NCBI RefSeq assembly: GCF_052908335.1
Contig: NZ_CM128606.1
Reading direction: 5' to 3' (one strand)
DNA length: 32,000 nt
Made by a program: the position numbers and the translations under genes. Under the pieces are notes generated by a model. It saw nothing but the letters and a program-made list of their open reading frames with translations, did not search any database and was not told the origin of the DNA. Shown here piece by piece: positions 9,797 through 24,585 of this stretch; the stretch's first letter is position 1, and every line of letters begins with the position of its first letter.

Positions 9797-11149
9797 ATGC
9801 CAGGAGTGTTTTGCTTGATTCGTTTTATTATTTCGCTTCTGTTTTTGTTCTTTTCTTCGCTTTCTTTTGCTGAGGAGAAAGAAGATCCGGATAAGCTTGT
9901 TCAGTGTTTTGGCCGTTTCCACTGCAGAACAGCTTATTCAGATGCGGGGGCATCGATTAAATTAGCCAGGGGAGCTGGTCATATTTATTGTGGTTCCGGT
10001 AGTTACGATGCGTGCTCCGGAATAATTCATTATTGCGGTAATAGGCTATCAGACTCGTCTCAAGCGCCTTCCACCGTTGGGGTTTTTGTCCATGCCCGGT
10101 GGTTCGCATATAAAGTCTGGGATTTAGAGAAGCGAGAGTGGAGTACCTGCACTCTTCAATATCAGGGTGGTGAGGGGGATTTGACACCTGAATATAATAA
10201 GCCGCCAACTGACGAGATTTGTCTTTCTCGTCCGGTTCTTGATGGTATGACTTTTCCTGGTGTTTATAAAGGTGATGACGGGACCCGTTATGTTAATGTG
10301 CAGGGGTGTATTTATGAGGCAACCGGCAATCCTTTTATTTGTAATCCCGATGATGATACGGTTTGTACTGCCAACTGGAAACCAGTTGCTGTAGATCCTG
10401 CATTCTCCGATGATAAGGAGGATGGCGGTAGCTCAGGTGGCGGCAGTTCCGGTGGTGGTAACTCTGGCGGCGGTAGCTCAGGTGGTGGCAGTTCTGGCGG
10501 TGGTAGCTCAGGTGGCGGCAGTTCCGGTGGTGGTAACTCAGGCGGTGGTAGCATAGGTGGTGGCAGTTCCGGTGGTGGTAACTCAGGCGGCGGCAGCTCA
10601 GGTGGTGGCAGTTCCGGTGGTGGTAACTCAGGCGGCGGCAGCTCAGGTGGTGGTAGTTCCGGTGGCGGTAGCTCAGGCGGTGGCAGTTCCTCCGGCGACG
10701 GCTGGCTTGGTGATATTCTTGGCTGGTTGCAGCGTATTTGGGTTTCAGTGAATGATTTAAATAATGCTTTTTCTGTTTCTCAGGATGATATTACCAGTGC
10801 GGTTAGTTCTTATGATTCACAGTTAAATGAATTAATTCATTCTGTAACGCCTGAACAGGATGATATGTCTTCATTTGCTGACAGGCTTTTCAGCCTTCTT
10901 CCTGATGAGTGGCTTTATATTAATTTTGATAAATTACTTTTAACTGGTGAACTGCGTCGTTCTGGTGCTCAGCCAGTTCAGATTGAATTTCCGGGAATAA
11001 ATGGGTTGTATTTTACAATTGACACATCTGATTTTGCTTCAGTTTATGATGACATTATCAGGCCTTTATTAGAGTATGCTCTTTATGCATTAACGACTTT
11101 GCGTTGTTATTTTATTGTTCGTCGTGTTCTTTTTGTTGACAGGGGGTAA
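9797..11149 (+). CDS. Adsorption / minor coat protein (pIII-like), 450 aa from the track ATG; the more likely start is TTG at 9815
   Basis: It has a signal peptide (..IRFIISLLFLFFSSLSFA), a Cys-rich N-terminal domain, an ~89-aa GGGSS/GGGNS linker and a C-terminal domain ending in a hydrophobic anchor. This is the pIII architecture of Ff, IKe and If1. AGGAG at 9802-9806 lies 8 nt before TTG 9815, whereas ATG 9797 lies only 4 nt after the terminator T-run. Confidence 0.8.
   Translation: MPGVFCLIRFIISLLFLFFSSLSFAEEKEDPDKLVQCFGRFHCRTAYSDAGASIKLARGAGHIYCGSGSYDACSGIIHYCGNRLSDSSQAPSTVGVFVHARWFAYKVWDLEKREWSTCTLQYQGGEGDLTPEYNKPPTDEICLSRPVLDGMTFPGVYKGDDGTRYVNVQGCIYEATGNPFICNPDDDTVCTANWKPVAVDPAFSDDKEDGGSSGGGSSGGGNSGGGSSGGGSSGGGSSGGGSSGGGNSGGGSIGGGSSGGGNSGGGSSGGGSSGGGNSGGGSSGGGSSGGGSSGGGSSSGDGWLGDILGWLQRIWVSVNDLNNAFSVSQDDITSAVSSYDSQLNELIHSVTPEQDDMSSFADRLFSLLPDEWLYINFDKLLLTGELRRSGAQPVQIEFPGINGLYFTIDTSDFASVYDDIIRPLLEYALYALTTLRCYFIVRRVLFVDRG
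10424..10690 (+). repeat. 15-bp coding tandem repeat (GGGSS/GGGNS, 18 pentapeptide units counting the leading DGGSS) in pIII
   Basis: ggcggtagctcaggt / ggcggcagttccggt / ggtggtaactctggc ... repeats in frame. The tract is 267 bp here versus 297 bp in copy 2. Confidence 0.9.
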
Positions 11150-11151
11150 TA

Positions 11152-14042
<2,891 letters not shown>

Positions 14043-14100
14043 GTTCCGTCTGAGGTGGGATTATCAGGACGCGGCATCTCAGTTTACCCACCACAACGCC

Positions 14101-14194
14101 AGTGCGCATAATGTGACACGCGTTATGTTGAAAAGGCCGCTGCGATACTCTCCACCGCAGCGGCCTTTTTATACATAACGTCATTGTGCGCACT
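14101..14194 (+). other. attP-type inverted dif-like pair / inter-copy junction (same sequence as 5601-5694)
   Basis: AGTGCGCATAATGTGACACGCGTTATGTTGAAAAGGCCGCTGCG...CGCAGCGGCCTTTTTATACATAACGTCATTGTGCGCACT is preceded by phage sequence (ccaccacaacgcc) rather than host sequence. This is the closed-circle phage junction. Confidence 0.8.
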
Positions 14195-14199
14195 GAACC

Positions 14200-14355
14200 T
14201 TAAAGGATTTCAGTGTCCTTACTTAGTTTGTTGTGTATGGTCATCACCAACGGTGGGACAAGCGTTATCAGGCTGAATATTGTCATGCCTGTGATGCTGC
14301 CAACAACAAAATGCTTTATCAGCAGGTCAAGAATTAAGTCACTGGTTGTCTGCAT
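14200..14355 (-). CDS. Hypothetical 51-aa hydrophobic protein (copy 2)
   Basis: Identical to 5700-5855 (+8500). Confidence 0.35.
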   Translation of the reverse strand: MQTTSDLILDLLIKHFVVGSITGMTIFSLITLVPPLVMTIHNKLSKDTEIL

Positions 14356-14396
14356 ATTGCTTCTAGCAATCTTCGTATCGATAGGTAACTATGATG

Positions 14397-14585
14397 TTAT
14401 TTTTTTGTTGCATCCGTCTTTGCAAATTTCCTGTAGTCATCTTCTGTTATAGACTCCAGTCCTTTTGCGATTATCCATTCTAAAACTTTGGTATCTTTTA
14501 CTGGTATTGCCAGTGTTGTTACCACTTTTACAGTTTCTTTCTCTACCTTTCTCCATAAAACATCGTTTATGTGCTTTGTTGGCAT
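14397..14585 (-). CDS. RHH-like small protein, paralog 1 (copy 2)
   Basis: Identical to 5897-6085 (+8500). Confidence 0.6.
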   Translation of the reverse strand: MPTKHINDVLWRKVEKETVKVVTTLAIPVKDTKVLEWIIAKGLESITEDDYRKFAKTDATKK

Positions 14586-14641
14586 TTTTACTACCTCTGT
14601 TTGATCTTTGTCAGCCCGTCTGTTCGATGCCGGGAAAGGAA

Positions 14642-14857
14642 TCACATTGCTCTTTTTTTCTTAAGTTCTTCTCTGCTTATTAAATCTTTCACGGCCTCAT
14701 CTAAGTAATTGTCTATTAAGTGATTAACTATTTCAGATGGTTTTAGTATCTCACCGGTCTTATTGCCGATTTCTAGCACTCTTCGTTTTAGCTCCAATTT
14801 TCTGTCTTCGTTGATTCTTACAGTTGTGTCTCCGCGCTTTGTTTCTTTTTTCATCAC
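14642..14857 (-). CDS. RHH-like small protein, paralog 2 (copy 2)
   Basis: Identical to 6142-6357 (+8500). Confidence 0.65.
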   Translation of the reverse strand: MMKKETKRGDTTVRINEDRKLELKRRVLEIGNKTGEILKPSEIVNHLIDNYLDEAVKDLISREELKKKRAM

Positions 14858-14925
14858 AGTTTACCTCTATGTCCTGTCAATATATTGCTTCTTAGGAATC
14901 TTCGTATCGATAGGTAACTACTATG

Positions 14926-15108
14926 TTATTTTTTTTGGTTTCTTTGGTGGATCATGTCTTGTTTTGCGTCGTTTAAGTAGTTTTTTATCATAAAGTGTAC
15001 AACTTCCGACCATGTAACTATTTGCCCTGTTTTTTGGCTTATCTCAAGGGCTATCCTAGTAATATCCAGATATGTTGATTCTGTAATTGCTATTGCCTTT
15101 CTTTTCAT
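14926..15108 (-). CDS. RHH-like small protein, paralog 3 (copy 2)
   Basis: Identical to 6426-6608 (+8500). Confidence 0.65.
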   Translation of the reverse strand: MKRKAIAITESTYLDITRIALEISQKTGQIVTWSEVVHFMIKNYLNDAKQDMIHQRNQKK

Positions 15109-17223
<2,115 letters not shown>

Positions 17224-17253
17224 CTGAATTTTTAACATTGAGGAGTCTGATTT

Positions 17254-17679
17254 ATGAATCAAATTTATGACAGTTTTCCGTTTCCTTCCCCTGAGGGTTT
17301 TACTGCAGGTATGACAATGGCGGGATTTTTTATTCACGCCACTGTCATAAATGATGAGGAGTTAAAACCCACGGGTTCTCATTATAACCCTGAGGCTAAA
17401 CCCAAATATGCCATTGTTATTGGCTATCCGTATGAGGACCGAAAATTAAAAGTCCGCCGTGAGGAGCATGAGCGATTTTCCTGTACTGAGGAGGATTTTA
17501 AATTTTTTAATTCATGTCCTGATTTGCAGGGCAAACCTGTTTATCTCACGGTGGATGTTAACTCATGGTCGACAGGCTCTGAACGTCATGGTGTCTGGTA
17601 TCGTTTTATTTCCGGCTCCATGAAACGTTTTGACGGTCAGCCGCTGGGTGCACTGCCCGCAGGTAAAGAAAAAGGCTGA
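17254..17679 (+). CDS. Putative ssDNA-binding protein, 141 aa (copy 2)
   Basis: Identical to 8754-9179 (+8500). Confidence 0.4.
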   Translation: MNQIYDSFPFPSPEGFTAGMTMAGFFIHATVINDEELKPTGSHYNPEAKPKYAIVIGYPYEDRKLKVRREEHERFSCTEEDFKFFNSCPDLQGKPVYLTVDVNSWSTGSERHGVWYRFISGSMKRFDGQPLGALPAGKEKG

Positions 17680-17683
17680 TGAT

Positions 17684-17824
17684 ATGTCTGACGCTGATTT
17701 TCTGAACTTTGTTTTATTTGCTGCGCCTGCAATGATTTTATTTTCTTCAGGTTTTGGCATCGGAATAAAACTGATTCGCGCCTGTGACTCACAAAGCATT
17801 ACTGTTCAGCGTTATTATGACTGA
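17684..17824 (+). CDS. Small hydrophobic protein, 46 aa (copy 2)
   Basis: Identical to 9184-9324 (+8500). Confidence 0.5.
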   Translation: MSDADFLNFVLFAAPAMILFSSGFGIGIKLIRACDSQSITVQRYYD

Positions 17825-17987
17825 ATTTGATTTCAGCGGTGTTTTATCCGCACTGAATTCTGGCGTACAGGACGGAGAACTTTACTGGGCCGTTCTGTAT
17901 GTCTGGATTGTCTGCTGGCTTCTTGGCTTTGGCCTTGGTGTTATTTTCACTCTGGTCTGCCGGATGTTCAGCGATGCTGTTAATTAA
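17817..17987 (+). CDS. Small hydrophobic protein, 56 aa (copy 2)
   Basis: Identical to 9317-9487 (+8500). Confidence 0.5.
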   Translation: MTEFDFSGVLSALNSGVQDGELYWAVLYVWIVCWLLGFGLGVIFTLVCRMFSDAVN

Positions 17988-17993
17988 TTTTAA

Positions 17994-18254
<261 letters not shown>

Positions 18255-18269
18255 TAGTTATTTAACGAC

Positions 18270-18292
18270 AGCGCCCTTCGGGGCGCTTTTTT
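18270..18292 (+). terminator. Rho-independent terminator after the major coat gene (copy 2)
   Basis: Identical to 9770-9792 (+8500). Confidence 0.85.
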
Positions 18293-18296
18293 AATC

Positions 18297-19679
18297 ATGC
18301 CAGGAGTGTTTTGCTTGATTCGTTTTATTATTTCGCTTCTGTTTTTGTTCTTTTCTTCGCTTTCTTTTGCTGAGGAGAAAGAAGATCCGGATAAGCTTGT
18401 TCAGTGTTTTGGCCGTTTCCACTGCAGAACAGCTTATTCAGATGCGGGGGCATCGATTAAATTAGCCAGGGGAGCTGGTCATATTTATTGTGGTTCCGGT
18501 AGTTACGATGCGTGCTCCGGAATAATTCATTATTGCGGTAATAGGCTATCAGACTCGTCTCAAGCGCCTTCCACCGTTGGGGTTTTTGTCCATGCCCGGT
18601 GGTTCGCATATAAAGTCTGGGATTTAGAGAAGCGAGAGTGGAGTACCTGCACTCTTCAATATCAGGGTGGTGAGGGGGATTTGACACCTGAATATAATAA
18701 GCCGCCAACTGACGAGATTTGTCTTTCTCGTCCGGTTCTTGATGGTATGACTTTTCCTGGTGTTTATAAAGGTGATGACGGGACCCGTTATGTTAATGTG
18801 CAGGGGTGTATTTATGAGGCAACCGGCAATCCTTTTATTTGTAATCCCGATGATGATACGGTTTGTACTGCCAACTGGAAACCAGTTGCTGTAGATCCTG
18901 CATTCTCCGATGATAAGGAGGATGGCGGTAGCTCAGGTGGTGGCAGTTCCGGTGGTGGTAACTCAGGCGGCGGTAGCTCAGGTGGTGGCAGTTCTGGCGG
19001 TGGTAGCTCAGGTGGTGGCAGTTCTGGCGGTGGTAGCTCAGGTGGCAGCAGTTCCGGTGGTGGTAACTCAGGCGGCGGCAGCTCAGGTGGTGGCAGTTCT
19101 GGCGGTGGTAACTCAGGCGGCGGCAGCTCAGGTGGTGGCAGTTCCGGTGGTGGTAACTCAGGCGGCGGCAGCTCAGGTGGTGGTAGTTCCGGTGGCGGTA
19201 GCTCAGGCGGTGGCAGTTCCTCCGGCGACGGCTGGCTTGGTGATATTCTTGGCTGGTTGCAGCGTATTTGGGTTTCAGTGAATGATTTAAATAATGCTTT
19301 TTCTGTTTCTCAGGATGATATTACCAGTGCGGTTAGTTCTTATGATTCACAGTTAAATGAATTAATTCATTCTGTAACGCCTGAACAGGATGATATGTCT
19401 TCATTTGCTGACAGGCTTTTCAGCCTTCTTCCTGATGAGTGGCTTTATATTAATTTTGATAAATTACTTTTAACTGGTGAACTGCGTCGTTCTGGTGCTC
19501 AGCCAGTTCAGATTGAATTTCCGGGAATAAATGGGTTGTATTTTACAATTGACACATCTGATTTTGCTTCAGTTTATGATGACATTATCAGGCCTTTATT
19601 AGAGTATGCTCTTTATGCATTAACGACTTTGCGTTGTTATTTTATTGTTCGTCGTGTTCTTTTTGTTGACAGGGGGTAA
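18297..19679 (+). CDS. pIII-like adsorption protein, 460 aa (copy 2; two extra linker units)
   Basis: It matches copy 1 outside the Gly/Ser linker. The linker has 20 pentapeptide units instead of 18 and a different unit order (for example GGSSS instead of GGGSI). Confidence 0.8.
   Translation: MPGVFCLIRFIISLLFLFFSSLSFAEEKEDPDKLVQCFGRFHCRTAYSDAGASIKLARGAGHIYCGSGSYDACSGIIHYCGNRLSDSSQAPSTVGVFVHARWFAYKVWDLEKREWSTCTLQYQGGEGDLTPEYNKPPTDEICLSRPVLDGMTFPGVYKGDDGTRYVNVQGCIYEATGNPFICNPDDDTVCTANWKPVAVDPAFSDDKEDGGSSGGGSSGGGNSGGGSSGGGSSGGGSSGGGSSGGGSSGGSSSGGGNSGGGSSGGGSSGGGNSGGGSSGGGSSGGGNSGGGSSGGGSSGGGSSGGGSSSGDGWLGDILGWLQRIWVSVNDLNNAFSVSQDDITSAVSSYDSQLNELIHSVTPEQDDMSSFADRLFSLLPDEWLYINFDKLLLTGELRRSGAQPVQIEFPGINGLYFTIDTSDFASVYDDIIRPLLEYALYALTTLRCYFIVRRVLFVDRG
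18924..19220 (+). repeat. 15-bp coding tandem repeat in pIII (copy 2, 297 bp)
   Basis: Same repeat family as 10424-10690, 30 bp longer. Confidence 0.9.
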
Positions 19680-19681
19680 TA

Positions 19682-22637
<2,956 letters not shown>

Positions 22638-22695
22638 GTGCCGTCTGAGATGGGATTATCAGGACGCGGCATCTCAATTTAGCTACTACAACGTC

Positions 22696-22723
22696 AGTGC
22701 GCATAATGTATATTATGTTAAAT
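22696..22723 (+). other. dif: dif, the XerCD chromosome dimer-resolution site (regenerated at the right prophage junction)
   Basis: AGTGCGCATAA-TGTATA-TTATGTTAAAT matches the canonical E. coli dif GGTGCGCATAATGTATATTATGTTAAAT at 27 of 28 positions; only position 1 differs. Confidence 0.9.
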
Positions 22724-22936
22724 CATGTCTGAGTGATGCGAAGTGCTTTTCTGGTAGTCGTTATTCGTTCAGGGTTCAAGAACTTAAGCCTCTCCTCTTT
22801 CATAATTGGCCTGTGCATGGAGAAATAGCCTGGTTATTCCCTGCCCCATGCTAAGAGCGCAGTGTCTGTCGCATAGACACTGCATACGAAAACACCAGAG
22901 GGTGCTGTTACTTATTTAAGGACGGATCAAGCGGGA

Positions 22937-23127
22937 ATGAGTCCACTCCGGTATCAGAAATGGCTACGTCTCAATGAAGTCAGGCGACCGATGCTGAATG
23001 AACATTACGATGTCACCACAGCAGCCTATGCTGTCGGTTACGAAAGCTATCCCATTTCAGTCGGGAATATTCGCGGATGTTTGGAGAGTCACCCAAGAGA
23101 GATAGTTCGTTCTTCTCGCCTGGCTAA
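22937..23127 (+). pseudogene. yneL: AraC-family regulator remnant (C-terminal HTH only) with a 1-nt frameshift
   Basis: [37 protein letters not shown] is the second HTH of an AraC-type domain. After about 23047 the expected continuation [25 protein letters not shown] lies in the -1 frame (stop at 23125-23127). No N-terminal domain lies upstream. The position matches K-12 yneL as I remember it. Confidence 0.7.
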
Positions 23128-23473
23128 AGCGGGTGACCTCAGCTCCGCCGTTGGCTTCAATATCAAGCTGAATGATTGTGATACCAATGTTTCCAGTAAT
23201 GCAGCTGTTGCATTCCTGGGTACTACTGTCACCAGTAATGACGATACGTTAGCGCTGCAGAGTTCAGCGGCAGGCTCTGCCCAAAATGTCGGTATTCAAA
23301 TTTTGGACCGTACGGGTGAGGTATTAATACTTGATGGGGCCACTTTTAGTGCTAAAACCGACTTGATTGATGGCACGAATATACTGCCATTCCAGGCTCG
23401 TTATATTGCTCTCGGGCAGTCCGTAGCTGGTACTGCAAACGCTGATGCGACCTTCAAAGTTCAATATCTATAA
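23112..23473 (+). pseudogene. Type 1 fimbrial major-subunit (FimA-like) 3' fragment, read through from the frameshifted yneL
   Basis: [114 protein letters not shown] aligns closely with the remembered C-terminal two-thirds of FimA. It has no signal peptide and no N-terminal part. Confidence 0.75.
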
Positions 23474-23824
23474 TTCAATCTTAAGGTGGCTATACGTCAT
23501 CTGAAATTGAAACAGGGTGTGTGTGGCATGGCTACGCACACCCGAGCAATTTACCAATATTCATCTCATTTTTAATGAGAAATGGTTTGTATTTGGAGCG
23601 CTATGAAAAATCACATAATATCTAAACTATCAATAAACAACAGTAGTTAAACTTACTGTTATTTAAAATATTTACTTTGTAGCAAGGTTTTCCTATTAAA
23701 AGAGAACCAACATTTATTACAAACGCATTAAGTCTGGAAACCCGGCGACTCGCCAATGTATTAGCAACATTAATCGATTGTCTGATGTAACGGTTTTCCC
23801 GCTTATCCTCTTAACACATGGAGA

Positions 23825-24544
23825 ATGCATCAGATGCAAACTACGCGTACCCCCTACTCTATTTCCTTTATGGCGACAGTGTTACTTTTATTGCTCTTTG
23901 CTTGCCATAGCACCGTTGCCAACGCAGCTGTCGCACTGGGTGCGACGCGGGTAATTTATCCGGCAAACCAGAAACAGGTTTTATTGCCTGTCACGAATAA
24001 TGATCCTGCCAGTGTCTATCTCATTCAGTCATGGATAGAAAATGCAGGTGACCAAAAAGACACCCAGTTTGTCATTACCCCACCGCTTTTTTCCATGCAA
24101 GGTAAAAAAGAGAATACGCTGCGGATAATCAACGCTACTAATCATCAGTTACCAGGCGACCGTGAAAGCCTGTTCTGGGTGAATGTTAAAGCTATTCCTG
24201 CTATGTAAAAAGACCAGAAGAATGAGAATACATTACAGCTGGCAATTATTAGCCGCATAAAAATGTTTTATCGCCCCACGAACCTGGCAATGGCACCTGA
24301 AGAAGCGCCTGCAATGCTTCGGTTTCGTCGCAGCGGTAGCAAACTCACGCTTATTAATCCAACGCCCTATTTCATTACCGTAACAAATATGAAAGCAGGA
24401 AATAGCAATCTCCCAAACACCATGGTGCCGCCAAAAGGTGAAGTATCGGTGGATATCACGCATGCTGCAACCGGGGATATCAGTTTTCAGACGATCAATG
24501 ATTACGGTGCATTAACTCCGCGTATTAAGGCAACCATGCAGTAA
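23825..24544 (+). pseudogene. FimC-like periplasmic chaperone interrupted by one in-frame TAA (24206-24208)
   Basis: ORFs 23825-24208 and 24263-24544 are in the same frame. Read through, the sequence gives ...[35 protein letters not shown]...INDYGALTPRIKATMQ. This is collinear with FimC ([36 protein letters not shown]). Confidence 0.8.
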
Positions 24545-24585
24545 GCCAGTGACCTAATTAATAATAAACTCAATCGGAATTAATA

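Noticed and set aside
10424-10690. The regular 15-bp periodic repeats might be a CRISPR-like array.
   Set aside because: There are no unique spacers. The repeat is in frame inside a long ORF and encodes GGGSS/GGGNS linker units of a pIII-type protein.
10312-10751. Track ORFs 10312-10554 (-), 10557-10751 (+) and 18910-19281 (+), encoding PPPEL or VAVPVVVTQAAAAQ repeats.
   Set aside because: These are alternative-frame and antisense readings of the Gly/Ser repeat. They have no start context and lie wholly inside pIII.
14043-14100. A short stem (TGAGGTG / CATCTCA) after the secretin stop as a terminator.
   Set aside because: The stem is only 7 bp with a wobble pair and has no T-run. The strong bidirectional terminator inside the attP hairpin, about 90 bp downstream, is the more plausible operon end.
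22859-22883. A perfect 9-bp hairpin GCAGTGTCT-gtcgcat-AGACACTGC between dif and yneL.
   Set aside because: There is no T-tract on either strand and no adjacent gene end. It is likely a remnant or incidental structure in a decayed region, with no basis for a functional call.
23600-23650. A tiny ORF, MKNHIISKLSINNSS, in the AT-rich spacer where fimI would sit in the fim operon.
   Set aside because: It is only 15 codons long, has no similarity to FimI and no SD. It is best treated as non-coding spacer.
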